Below are positions 1 through 19,664 of a DNA stretch of 64,000 bases, piece after piece (positions within the stretch are counted from its first letter, which is position 1; each line of letters starts with the position of its first letter). The notes under the pieces are model-generated. The model saw nothing but the letters and a program-made list of their open reading frames with translations, made no database searches and was not told where the DNA came from. The DNA is from Trichinella spiralis (taxonomy: Eukaryota), in assembly GCF_000181795.1 (NCBI RefSeq), contig NW_003526941.1, positions 626,266 through 690,265 on the forward strand. Reading direction: 5' to 3'. The translations under genes were made by a program, and so were the position numbers.

Positions 1-51
1 TGTGCTTGTTTGTTTGTTTGTTTGTTTGTTTTTGCAAATTTTAATTTTTAC

Positions 52-185
52 ATCGTCGACGGCGGCGAATCGACTGCAACTGTTCCGCATCAGGCGCAAA
101 TGAGAAAACGCATCAAAATGCTGCGATCTGAAGCCAGTACATCTTACGAACTGTTCCCACGTTTCAAAGTTCTCGCTCTCGTATT
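52..185 (-). CDS. Probable internal coding exon of a gene continuing off the left edge (YESENFETWEQFVRCTGFRSQHFDAFSHLRLMRNSCSRFAAVDD)
   Basis: GC-richer 134-nt block with an open frame, flanked on the minus strand by a tttag acceptor and a gtaaaa donor. No family recognised. Confidence 0.4.
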
Positions 186-3100
186 CTAAATATACAAAAA
201 CGTACAGTAACAAAACAAAACAATCAATGAAAAAATTATCTTTTTATTTAATTCAATTTTTACAATGCACACTCATTAAACAACAAAGCAACAACTAATT
301 TATAATAATTAAATTTCAAATTTTCACTTACTGATGATGAAAATTAAAAAAATACTATATCTGAAAAAAAGAAACTATAGAATACCACATTTCACAAAGT
401 CAAGCAGAAAAAACTTAAAATTGAACATTGACGATTCGATGAATTTTTAAATTATTTATTCTTACTTTTATTTTATTCAAAGTGCATTTCAATTTATTAT
501 ATTTTACTACTGTAGCATTAAATTTCATTAACTGCATGATTTATTGAGGACTCAACGTGAATGTCAAAAACATTGCATAATGAAAATTCATTTTTACCAT
601 TTAATTAAACACTTGCGAATTCCACGACTTTTTTAAAGTAAAAAAAAGATAATTAAAAAATCGATTACATAAGTTACATATAATCAACTGCGCTTTACAT
701 TACACATGTTGAAAATTAAAATTATTTATAAATTTTAAAATATTTCAATTCTCCACTCTGAACTAATATAAATGAGATAATTCTGTTTCGACAAACAATA
801 AACTGCATTCGCAATTCTGATACCAGTAAGCGAAAAACTGACTTGTGAGCTTTCACGCATATTTCATTAAAAAAAATATGTAGCTTCATTCTACGGAGAT
901 TAAAATCTTTTTTCATTTCTTTAGTTATTTAAACTATTATTTCTTGCTCAACTGTCATTATTTATAATTTTTTAATATTCATTTTCTGATTTACATGGCA
1001 TAAAATGAATTATTTTGAAAAAATGGTAATAAATGAAGAAAGGTTTAAAATATTAGAATTTGACTTGATGCACATTCAAAGCAAAAAGGTAAACAATAAC
1101 AGCACAAACAATAATGGCAGAATTTTGCATTGTAATATCGAATCGCTTCCGTCTGTCAAATTTACATGTATTGTTTTATCTTATGTTAAAATCTACACAA
1201 CTACAAATGATGAAACTTTTTAGAAAAAAAACTTTTATTACAAACAGTTCAAAGAATACAGTAGCATGTTTCAGATATAAATTCTTGTTGAAAATACTAT
1301 TTCATATTGTGGAATATTTTAATTAAATTTAATATAAACAATTTAATATGCAATTCAATGCTGAATAAAACTGTTGCTAAAACTGAACACTGTTGAGGAT
1401 GACAAGTTTAATAATAGATGAAAATAATAATTAAGCCATAAATTACAATTATCTAACTGAAAATTAAATTCGGGAAAAATTTTGAGACAGACCGATGATG
1501 AGTAGTGCGGAAATAACACTTTGTAACAACTGGAAACATTACCCACGGAATAAAAATTGTCAGATGAATATTTTCAATGAATCAGTGTGAAAATTGATAA
1601 AAATTAATTGTAAATGTATAAAATGAAAATTTTCATTATTAATTATGAAGAATTTGTGGTAGAAAAACAATATGCTAATTAATGAAATACCTGTCAACAC
1701 ATTGTTGTCACTTCCTTTAAGCATTGTTGTTCACGAAAAGCATTCAATGGAAATTATTATGTGAAATAAAACGATGGAAACTTTCTATAAAACAATCTTT
1801 GAAAGCAAACAAGAAAAGCTGGACGGACAACCGCGCCAGGCTATCGTCGCATCTGAGCAATAATTGTACTGTAGACCATTCAATGATCCTCAAGATTGCA
1901 CAGTAGAAAAATAACAATAAAATTTTCAAAAATGGAAAATGAATAATTATATGAAATAACTATATTTATAAATGTGTAATACATAAATATTCAAAAACAA
2001 AAATATGCAGTAGTTCTTAAAAATTATTAACCTAGAGATTTGTTGCAGTACTTTGTAGTATATGAGCAAGTGTTTCAATTTAATAACATTTCGTATTCAT
2101 ATTATCGAGCAGTGTTATTCCAGTTTTTGGCAAGTTTGAATAGATTACAGCTTAATTTTTCTAATTAATATGAAAATAAGTAATAAAATGCAAATTCTAT
2201 GCATAAATGCGCATTTTTTTAAATTTCACTGTAGCATATTGTAGAAACAAATCCACAATTCATTAAATAAATAAATAAATGCAGATATATATGTAGTGGA
2301 AATTTTTACATTATTATTGTTTGAAAATTTATAAAATATGTACATTATTTCGGCAGTTCAAGTTCTTTTAAATGTCACGCTTAAAAACCACACGCAAGAT
2401 GGCGTATTCGGCTTTATTTTAAAAAAGATAATCAAGTTTTTTCAATTACATTTGACCAACAAATAAAGCAACTGCTATTCTGGTGATTTTATAAAAGAAA
2501 TTAATTCGTTTAAACATGTTTAATAGCAAATGATTGTCCATTTTTTATTTGTTCACAGTAAAGTACATTAATTTTCATAATGATAGGCACATTTTTGAAT
2601 TTTATTTAATATTACAACTTCAAAATGGTAAATATGATTTCTTTTTGGATGAAAAGTAATTGCAATGGCAGAAAGTTGTTCTTTTGATCGCCCATAAGCA
2701 ACGGAGAAAATGAAAGATTCGCTCGTTAGCAATACTGATATGCCTGTTCTGCATATATTGCCCATCATTGATGAGAATAAAGCGCTCAAAATTTTTAAAA
2801 CTGCCCTTTAAACTAAGCACTGAATCAATAAAAATTTCACTTTCAACAACAAACTGTCGCCTTTTCAATTGCCAGGCATCAATTCAACTTGCTCGAATTA
2901 ATAACTTTTGAAATATATTTTAAAAAGATACAATATTATTGCCACAAATATACCACAAAAAAAATTTCTCAAATGAATCAACCAGCAGTTACATTTGAAT
3001 GGCTAGTTGCGCAAATAGATGACGTCAACAGACGACTTCACAACGCCAAACACGTCGATTTTCTTCATTTTTTCAACATTTTTACTCGTCTAATCATTTT

Positions 3101-3389
3101 TTCCATAAATAAAAGAAAAACAGAATTGCCCTTATTTAATTATTAAAGATTCTGAACAATAATTTCCCAATGCTGAAACTGTGATAAAAAATAAAAATCA
3201 AATTAAAGCAGACGACACATTTTGTATAAATAAAGATTAAAAAAAACAACTTCAAACCTAACAGGGAGAGATTTTGCTTTTCAAAAACTGTAACAAGCAT
3301 ACTACTACACCTCAAGTGTAAGTGGGAGTGGAAAAGCAAGTCGCTGCTCTAGACAGATTACATACAATTGGTGTGCGCTAATAAAATTC

Positions 3390-7705
<4,316 letters not shown>

Positions 7706-10671
7706 GTTTCAAAATCTTCCCTATAAATGCATATCAATTAACCAAGAATATTGAAAGAAAATAATGAACAAGTATATATATACATATCAACCTGTTTTAA
7801 AAGTTACTTTGTTCCTATTTTAACGTTTTGAATAAATTACATATTTCATATATGTCATAATACTCTACAATTGTGCACATACATTATAATATTAAACTAC
7901 AACGCTGCCATACATTTCATTTTTGAAAATAACTATGAACACAAGTAATTAGCATAAAATATGAGTATCATAACAGCATGCAACATGCACGTGTGAGAAG
8001 ACGAAATGTTTTGTGCATAAAATACTAAGAATCTGATAAATAAGAATTACTTTGATAAAAATTATATGTTACCAATACTTTTGTTAAATGAAGAAAATAA
8101 AATGAAACATGTTTGTGCCTTAGCTAAAAACAAGCAAAGTAATCACATGAAGCAGTTTTGCAAATAAAAGCCAAATTGCAATTTTACGTCACTGATTGAC
8201 AGCGCAGATATTTTTGGCGTTTACGGTTAAGATTTGCAAGTTCAACAATTAAACTGCTCTTAATTAAAAAAATAATAAATACGCAAAACGGATGAGCATT
8301 TCAGATTGTTTTCATACAGTGACATACGTCACACAACTATTTTGAAAAAGCAGTAGTAACTAAAGGATAAATATGATTTATTGCTTAATGAATAAAAACT
8401 GCATTAATGACAACGTTTCCGTCGTCTTAACTGATGTTCAGTAGCAATTATTAATGCATCTTAAACAAAGTTGCAACCATGAAATACAGTAAGAAACTGA
8501 CGCACAAGTCAAGTAAAAACTTACCCATAAAATACGAATATTACGAACTTTAGTTTTTTTTTTAATTTTGCACTTCAAATTTCATTCTCAATAATTAGAG
8601 TGCTTGAAATAAAAAAATTATTATTTGAAAGCTTCGTATATATTTTTTTAAAAGCACTTTTTAGAATTAAACACTGTTTGGTAAAGCAAAATCTTTACCG
8701 AAAGAAAAACGTTAATCCTACACAAATTGCATAAATATTAGTACGGAAAATGACCAAAGTATCAGTAAATGGAATGTACTACTTTTATTACAAGACGCAG
8801 TTTGATAACTGATCATGCTGTCGTCCGCAGTTTTGCAAAATGACACTGATATATGAAAATGTATTATGATTATGATCAAAGTGACTACCTGTTCAAATGT
8901 TCTCAACATATAATATTTAATAAGAACAAAACATCTGTTGCATTTCATCAATTGAATAAAATTGTTTCTCATAATAAACATCGATTTCACTTATTCTTTG
9001 ATTATGTATTGAAATTGCAAAAAGTTTTGGTCAAAAGTGATGAAAAAACTGCAGTAAGTTTGATTATAAAAAGCAGAAACGAATAGAAAATTTTGAATTA
9101 AATTCGTTTGAAAATAATAAAAATTCCAATCATCTGACTATTGTGTCAGGGACAACTATTAATTAGAAAATGAATTTATTCAATTCATCAACTGACAAAT
9201 ATTTTAGATGAAATCATAAAAATGAAAAAAGATCTATACATTTATGCATAAAAACAATAAAGTGGCCAACTTAGAAATTATCAAATTTGAAGCTCCAACT
9301 TTAAAACTATTCTTAAACTTAATTTGAAATTTTAACTTCTAAAAAATTATTAACTAAAAGATAATTTACCCATTTGAAGAACCCCATACGTAAAGCCAAA
9401 TATTATGAATCACTTACGATGTCATGAGGAAAAAAGTGTCGATGAAATGTTCTTTTCAGCTTAGTCAACAAGAACGGCATTTGAATATACATGTTTTTCA
9501 TCGTTTTTTTGTAAAAACATAAATGGAACATTAATCTTCATATTGCTCAAGCAAAGAGTTAAAAATGACGCCACTGCGTCGAATGGCGGCACTTTTCAGA
9601 CGCAAGAGTTGCCGTCACGGTACGAAAACATTTTCAAATTTATGACGTAAGAAAAAAGACAAAGTAGACTTTTCGCTTGAAGTGCAAAAATTAGTAGGAA
9701 ACAAATTTTTGATTTTCTGTAGACTTATTTGATTTTTTTTGAATATTACAATATTTTGAATTTAATTTTGTTGTCTTGTTATTAATTTTCAGCCAATAAT
9801 TTAATAATGTTTCAACTTTGTGTGTTGACTTCATCTCAATACAGTAACTCAATGCAACGAGTTTACATTTCTACGAGTGGAAAAAGAAACTTCCACCCTT
9901 ACAATTCAAACTCAACAGCCTCATAATTCCTCCAGTGTAGTCAGTTGCTTGAGTTATTATGTTTTATTGGGTTTTTTATTATGGGGCAATGATTTTTTTA
10001 TCTTTTATTACACGACCAAAAGAATGAGGTTACGTAGGAACAAAAAAAAACAATGGAAATGGTCAAGTTACAGTATGCCTAAATCTCTGAGATAATAGAA
10101 GCATCTTTGTTATATGATTCGGTTCGGCCTATATTGATCAGCCGAGAGTGAGCTTTTGTTCAGCTTCTGTCGTATCGATGACAATCAGCTGTCCAAGAAC
10201 AAATTCATTATCCATGTCAAGAAGGCTCACAATTGATATATTAGCAGCAGTTGATATTACGGATTTGGGTCAACAGAGATGAAGTTCACTTTTGTTTTTG
10301 TTGTGTAGAACAGCTGTGAGGGTTTATTTTTGTGTGTAAATTTTCTTTTGTCGAATTTGCTGAAAAACAGATTTATTTGAGAGTATTTTTGAAACAACAA
10401 AAAAAATCCTTGAATTAATTATAAATATAAAAACACTGAAATAATATTTTAAAATATTTTGATGATTCAAAGGAAAAGTGTTCAAAGGTGCTCATTTCAA
10501 TTTCAATTCCAATTAAAGTAAAATTTTACAGTTGCAGTTGATTAAAACTTGAATTTGAAGTACAGTATCGTTTACAGTATAATTTTACAAGATAAACAAG
10601 ATCTGTATGATAAAAAGAAATAAAATAGAAATAGAATTGAGAATTGGACTTTGCTTTATTTGAAATCAGCA

Positions 10672-13533
10672 ATGTCCAAAGATTCAACCATTCATAGTCA
10701 TCTAGCTATGGATGTGTCTCGCGTGTTGCAGATAAATTTAAATCCTGTAAGTGATGCTGTGTGGGAAAAGTTTCTTATTTTTTTAAATAAAATACATACA
10801 GGATATGCTTAAAGCATTCAAAACTCTTTCACTGGTTTGTGGTGACAATTCGGCGAGCGTACGGCAAAATTTACAGAATACACTGGACAATCGCATTTTA
10901 TCAGTGAACAAAGAGATTTGTGATAATTTCAGTGCGTTAAAAGCAGTGGGTATTTTTTTTAAAAAAAGAACATAATCGAATCGTTTAAGTTAATTTAAAC
11001 CAAAAAAATATTTTATCAGCGCTACGATGATGCGATGGATATGTTGAACGAAATGGAAAAGTCATGCAGTACAATGTCCAATCATTTGCGAGTAAATTTG
11101 AATTGTAAAATTGTGAAATTGTAAAATTGAAATTCAATTTTCTACAGGATACGAGAAAAGAAACCGTGAAATTGATAAATCAAATTGCAAAACTTCGCAA
11201 GCAGATGTTTGTATAAATTGTACAATTTTTCCCAAATTGACAACGATGCATTTGTTGCAGTGAATATACGGAAAATTCGACGTCAATATTGAACAATTTC
11301 CTTTCGGAATTTCAACTGAAAGCGGAAGAATTGGACGCGTTGAAAAACAGTACAAATGAGAATTTATCGCCGGTATATTTTGAGAAAAAAAGAGAAATAT
11401 TTAATTGTTAATAATAAATTGTTCAGAATTTTTTCCTCGCAATCAAACGAGCCGAACAAATTCATGCTGCCGCCAAGCAGTTGTCACTTTCGGGAACGAA
11501 CACGGTGGGGTGAGTTGAAATTTGCATTGTATTATGCAAATTTTTACTGTTATTCTCCCTTGTTCAACAGACTGTCAATTGTGGAAAATATGGCCGAAGT
11601 GATGCGGTCAGCGTTCGACACGTTGTATCATTTCATACAAAGTATGTATATGAAAAATTTTTGAAATTTGACAATAATAAAAATGGTTTGTATTGTTGCT
11701 TTGAAGCCCAGTGCCGTCGGATGACTTCGGAAACGGTCAGCATCGGTTTGACACTGTGCGAAGCGTTCATGACAATGCAGAAGCGTTGCACAATATTTGA
11801 GTGAGTTGATTTTATTTCAAATTGTCGTTGTTGTCAGTTGGTTCGTTCGAGTATACTGTACTTTGGTAGATATTCGTTGGAAGAATTTTGTTCGGCGCGT
11901 AGAAGTTTTCTCATACACATTTTCATCGATTCCTTATCCAAAAGTATATTTTATTCATGCAATATATTGTGAATTATCATCATTTGATTTGCATATTCAG
12001 GCTCGGACAGTCGAATCAAACCAATTGAATCCTATTCACACGATCCATTGCATTACATCGGCGACATGCTCGCTTTGATCCACCAAGCGACGGTCAACGA
12101 AAAAGAGCTCCTGTTGAGCTTGTTGAAGTTGTGCGACAAAAGCGGTAATTTTTTATTTTTCACCAAATATATTTTTTTTCAATTTTTGATCTGGACTCTT
12201 TATTGTTTTGCTGTTCAGTTTTGGAAAAGTACATCCCGTTGGCACTTTCGAAAATCACGGACGGTTTGTCACGTCCATTCAAAGTAATTTTTTTCAAATA
12301 ATATTTTATCGTGTTATTAATTATAAAAGTATTCATTTTTCTCTCTTTTTCTCTTCAGATTCGAGCAGAACAAACTTTAGCGAGACCATTGGGACCGGTT
12401 ATCCTCTACCAATTGTACGTCATGTTCCATTTCCATTTGACCACCGTCGGGTATTTATTCAAATTTCATAATAATAATAATAATAATAATAATTGATTTT
12501 TGTGAAAATAGAGAAAAGTTGTCGAAACAGTCCGAATTGCGTTCTTGTTTGGACGATTGCGAACAGTTGGCGATGAAATTGTTTCAAAATTGCTTGAATA
12601 CAAAAGTTTGTTCCATTTTGAAAAAGGTGAGAGATATAAGAGAAGAATTTGAAAATTAAATTAAATTAAAATCGACCGCACGTTCATGTAAAGTTCCACG
12701 CGTGCCAGAGCGATCTCGTGCCTGTGCAAGGCGTGTCGGAGTTGTTGCAACTTTTGCGAGATGTTCTGCATACACCGTCCGGAACTACCGTACTCCACGC
12801 CGACGACAAGAAACGCTGTTACAGTTTAGTATTCGCTTCTGTAATTGATCCAATGTTGCAAACGTTGACAATGTATTCGACCGATCTTTCTCCAGTCGAC
12901 TTTGCTACGTACATGCTCAACTGCATCAATGCTGTCCACAGCGCCGTCGCGATGTATGAATTCAGCGATCAGAGGCTCGAGATGTTACAAGCTCAGGTAG
13001 AGTTGAGTGGTTATAATTTTTACAATCAAATCGTTAATAATTCTATTCCTGTGTGTTTTCAATGACGGCAATTTTATTTTTCTCTCTCTCTCTCTACTTC
13101 AGATAGAAGTTCATCTTGGCAATGTTGTCAATGAAATGGCTAATTATATATTGAATAAAGTTGGTCTGACCGAAGCTTACAAGAAAGCACTGGACAATAA
13201 CAATTCGGACGATCAGCGACAATCATTTCAACTGCCATCCCCCGATTTCAACTCATCTTTGGTAAGATCAATTTCTTCTTCTAGTTTGTTGTTGTTGTTG
13301 TTATAATGTTTTTTTTTCTCGAGGAAAAATTTTACACCTTTCTCAATTCGCCAGAAACTTTGTTCATGCCACAGTTTTTCAAAATTTCTTCGCCGACAAT
13401 TCAAAACAAGGTCAAAGGGAAAACGATCGACGCTCTGATCGGCGTCTACGATAAAATACAAAACTCGTTTCACGTCACTCGACACTTATCTGAAATCAAA
13501 GCTCTGGCCGCACTGGCGACCAATCAAAAGTGA
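10672..13533 (+). CDS. COG6: Conserved oligomeric Golgi complex subunit 6, multi-exon
   Basis: Spliced peptides [10 protein letters not shown]...[43 protein letters not shown] and TYMLNC match COG6-family motifs as I recall them. ATG at 10672, TGA ending at 13533. Confidence 0.88.
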
Positions 13534-13677
13534 ACATGCAAATTTTTCATTATTCTATTTTTGTCACAAGAAAAAAAAAGAGCGAGGTGAAATTAAAAAG
13601 CCAGAAATTTTTTTTTACTCATTTTCAAACTGGACAACATTCTCAATGCATAATTATAGTCATATAATAGTAGTATA

Positions 13678-13874
13678 CTGATGATGATGATGATGATGAT
13701 GACGCATGGAAAACGAGCGTTCCTCTCCTAAGAAATGATTCATCGATTATCGTATACCTTCCAGTGATGAGGCAAGATTTTCTAGCACAATATAATAATA
13801 ATAATTCATCATTTTTACCAGACTAGAGCATATAAGAGCAGCAGCAGCAATAATGATAATAATAATAATAATAA

Positions 13875-13906
<32 letters not shown>

Positions 13907-14040
13907 TAATAATAAGAATATTATGATGATGATAATAAATAATGGTGGTAGTAGTAGTAGTAATAATAACGGCGGCGGCGGCGGCGGCGGTGGCGACAGC
14001 AGCTGCAGCAGGAGTAGCAGTTGCAGCAGCAGTCAGTGTA
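13678..14040. repeat. Compound trinucleotide microsatellite region: (TGA)n, (AAT)n, (AGC)n, (AGT)n, (GGC)n
   Basis: Directly visible runs, e.g. about 10 AGT units at 13876-13905 and about 6 GGC units at 13971-13989. Confidence 0.9.
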
Positions 14041-14473
14041 GTCGTAATAGAATAATGTAGTGTAATATAAATAATAAGACAAAGAAATTACCAAAAAAAC
14101 TCAACGACGCCAGCAGACAGAAAAAAAGATACCTCAATGAATAAACATTCAAAATACTTCACAAACGAACTGCTATTTATTTAGCATAGGAAATGAAATT
14201 TTTTTTTTTAAAATAGGGACACTAAAGAAAAGAAATCGAGTGTTTTGACGAACTTTTTCTAAAGCAAAAACTATAATAGAATTGAAAACTCAAGCTGAAT
14301 ATAAAAAAATTGAAATGGAAAAATAATATCGGCAAAACAAGGCGACAGATATGATGATGATGATGATTTCTTATAAATTTTGGAGAAAAAAAACAGTTTC
14401 AGGCCAAACAAAAATAAATCTCATGATTTTACAGACACATGACGACAAATAAGGTGTGAAGTGATAAGTAAAG

Positions 14474-16023
<1,550 letters not shown>

Positions 16024-19000
16024 TCTGTTCTTTTATCCACGAAAATATATTCACAACACAAATCAACCAGACGATTCTCCTTTATACTTCTGGGAGCTGC
16101 AAGAAAAAAAAACAACCAACAATTAACTAAAGCACAAAGAACAATAACGAATACTGTAAAACAGCTGTCGTGTTTGTGTAGGGATGGAAGACGGCTAGGG
16201 GGAGGGGATTAGCTTATTTTATTGTTGGAATAAATTCAACAGAAATGATCAATTTGAAAGTGAATTTGATAAACTTAATCTGAACAACGTGCACATTGCA
16301 CAAGGGCGAGCGAAATTCAAGCACTGGCTAAAAATGCAACAGCGATGAATCACCAGAACGCGCAGAGAGCAATTGAAAACAACAAAATCGGACACTGACG
16401 GGCAAATTAATATTGTTCAATAATAAATAAATAAATAAATAAAATATTAAAAACAAAACAACAATCACGACATCAAAACACACTGCTTACTTTCAGGACT
16501 GTAATCTGCAACAAGCTCGAACTTTCTCCCGCGGACCGCACAGTTTCGCACGAATCGTCAATAGGGGCCGTCACAAACTGAAATTCCTCTCTCCCCGTGG
16601 TGCACAACGCGAACGCATCAAACCTGAACGCACTTTACATGTCGACAACTGCGGGGGTCGTCGTAAACAATTTGACTATTCTACGTTGAAAACATGTTAA
16701 AAATAAAAGCAAAAAATGTACATTCGTTTTTAATATTTATTTCAATCAAAATAATGCACAAATTTGTTCAAAAATTAAAACGTCTTACTGTAGCTTTGTG
16801 TCTCAAGGTTGAATGATCGATCGACCTAGTTGTTGTTGTGTTGCTTCTTGGTGAAATGTTTTTCATTCGCGTGTGACATTTGTTTTCTTTCACCTCTACG
16901 TTCGCTGACTTTCGTTGTGCGGTTTGTCTGGCCGTTGCCAACCTACAGGCAACTGTTGTTCAACTTACGATTTGACAATTTACATATTGCAAAGCAAAAC
17001 AGAATTAATTTTATTTAAATTTATCATTTGTCGACTTTCAATTTTTAAAGCATTAAGTGAATTTGAATTATTTAACAAAATACAATTGTGAAAAATGATG
17101 ATTTTATTTTTTTTGAACGATAAATAAAGTTGATCTCTTAGTAAAAAAGACGAGTGAATATACTAATGATTAACAGAGCTGAGAAGATACAGTAATCATG
17201 TTGGGTAAAACTGAAAAATGAAATGAGAATTTTAGCATTGTACATTTTTCATAGATGTTCAATTGAGCAAGTAAATTTTCATTTGGTTTAAAATGAGTTT
17301 GACCATTATGTTGTAATTTGATTATTCATTCACTCACAGCGACACATTTATGCTAATAAAAATGTTGTTAGACCAACAACGCTAATAGCACGAAATGTAG
17401 TGGATGAAAGACAAAAGTACATTTTTATGTTTTTTAATAATATTCGGCAGTAAAATTTTAGAGTGAAAAAAAACCAATCAGTACGTTTAAATTTACGCTT
17501 GACATTTTTTATTCATTGATTTTGTAAATTTACTGGTCAGTTTTTTTTCATTTCAACTATACAGAGAAAATGGTCATTTGTGTTGAATAATTTCATTTCC
17601 ATCAGTTACTTTTGGTCAAATTGAATAGTGGAGAATGTGAAAAATGATTTTTTTTAATTTTGAAAAAGAGGAAAAAGAATTTTTTACCATTTCAGATGAA
17701 ATAAATTTGAAAATTTAAATTTTTATGACAATTGATGTCCAATTTACGCCAGACAAAATGGCAATTTACGATTCAGTATTGATCATATTTGAAGAAACTA
17801 CACTTCCATTTTATTGATTTAGGGAAAATTTAAATAATATTGTTACGGTGAAAAGAATTTGAAGAAAAACTGTTCTTAGTTTTACTTTTACGTGCAAATG
17901 ACGATAAACAAATTAATAAGTAAATTATTATTATTATTATTGTTGTTGTTGTTCTTTATGATAGACTTTTGCAGAAGAAGAAAATAATTTTATAAAATTT
18001 GAACCACGAAATTGACATGCAATAAAGCAAACAGCAGAAGAACAGAGCAATGCTTGTCGCTTTTCCGCTTCTTTCCAATGTTGCAATAAAGCAGTGTTTG
18101 ACAATGACGTAAACAAATTGTTGTTCGACAAACAACTGATGATGATGATCACAATGCAAAGAAAGCGCTGCCGATTCAAACACAAAATGCTATTTTTGAA
18201 AATGAAATTGTTTCCCCACCAACAATTTCTATTACTGTTGTTGTACAAATTTATGGGTCATTTGAAATATTCAAAATTGTAAAAACATAACATATTCGAA
18301 AAAAATCGAATTTTTGAATTAAAATTTTCTTCCCCTTTTCTTCATTCTTTTTCAAAGCAAAATTATATATGCTTGGTGTGAAGCAGGCGCAGTATAATAA
18401 GACAACTGACGCTTTGGATTGGCATCATTTTCTACGAGGCGGCGGAATCTTATAACGACGCCAGTCGTTTGCTCGAAATTCAAGCAATAAGAAAGTTATC
18501 GCTGTTCATAATTAGCAATCTTTATTCACTTACAAGCTTCATATAAAACAAACAACCGCAGAAATACGCTCTCGCCTGGCTAGCATGTCAAATCCATCCG
18601 CGGGCTTCAATTATTTACTCAAATATAAAATGGTGGTGAAATCACACGCGAAACATGTTTTCCCTATCTTCCATATCATCAATCATACACGAACATGTTC
18701 AAAATTATTCTCCTATCGCAAACATGTTTTCTTTCAAGAACAAAATACATAAAACAACTTCAAAATTCAATTCATATCCATATTTATCAACTTTTCGTTT
18801 CTCTTCAGCATCAACAACTGCAAGATTTGATGAAAAAAAACTTTTATTTTCATACTATTAATTTTTAATATTTTGTGATATTGTGTTTCTATTTTTTTAA
18901 TTAAATTATGCATTTTAATGTATGAATAATAAACAAAAAGAAAACAAGTACTGTAACAGACTGTATTGTTTCTATTTTTACAGTACATCGAAGGAATAAA

Positions 19001-19664
19001 CTTTAATTTGAAATGTATAGGAATTGTTGTTGATGTTTTTTTTTGAAGAAAACAAGTTTTGAGTCGATAGCAAAAATTGCACTATTGCATCGACCACTGT
19101 TGAATTGATAAGTCAATGTATCAAAATTACACTTCGTTTTATTCACTTATGTGAATTGTAAAATTTTTTTTTGAATACGGAAATTCTATTCTACATTACA
19201 GTAAACTAACCGGAAAACCACTTTTGGCATACACAATCTGCCAGCAGAAAATCCCAGCTCAAACCAGCGCCGGTCATCAGCATAGTCGTCACAACCTATT
19301 CCAGTCTTTCTGTGGTCAATCGATGCTTTTTATCATAATTGTCAATCAATAAACCAACCACTAACCGCCGGTCTGTCAATTCTTTCGATTGTATAAAATC
19401 ATTTTCATTATTGCTGTCAAAGCGATCAATTAATTCTCCCTTCTTTGCAAATTACACATTAAATCAAATCTTTCTTTCTTTTTTTTGCGCATTATGACTG
19501 CTAAATTTTATTTTTCAAACTATCCTACAATATTGCTTTTTTACTTCACTTGGATGTAAAATTATTGTGAAAAATCACTATTAAAAAAAGCATGACAAAG
19601 CTAATTGCACGATCAAAATGTTAACTTGCAATTTCGTCATCGACAATCAATATATCGTATCACA

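Noticed and set aside
722..3339. Numerous 60-100 aa ORFs here and in other intergenic or antisense positions
   Set aside because: F/I/K/N/L-biased translations typical of AT-rich non-coding DNA, or antisense shadows of real exons.
10076..10083. GCCTAA near an ACA-tailed hairpin as a telomerase RNA template
   Set aside because: Only one 6-nt repeat unit, whereas a template needs about 1.5 repeats. No pseudoknot evidence.
18360..18660. GC-richer intergenic island as a possible ncRNA or spliced-leader RNA
   Set aside because: No recognisable leader, donor and Sm-site arrangement and no known RNA motif. It may be regulatory, but I cannot support that.
19270..19310. Minus-strand TAGGTTGT...CTATGC resembling let-7
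   Set aside because: No TGAGGTAG seed and no proper precursor hairpin.
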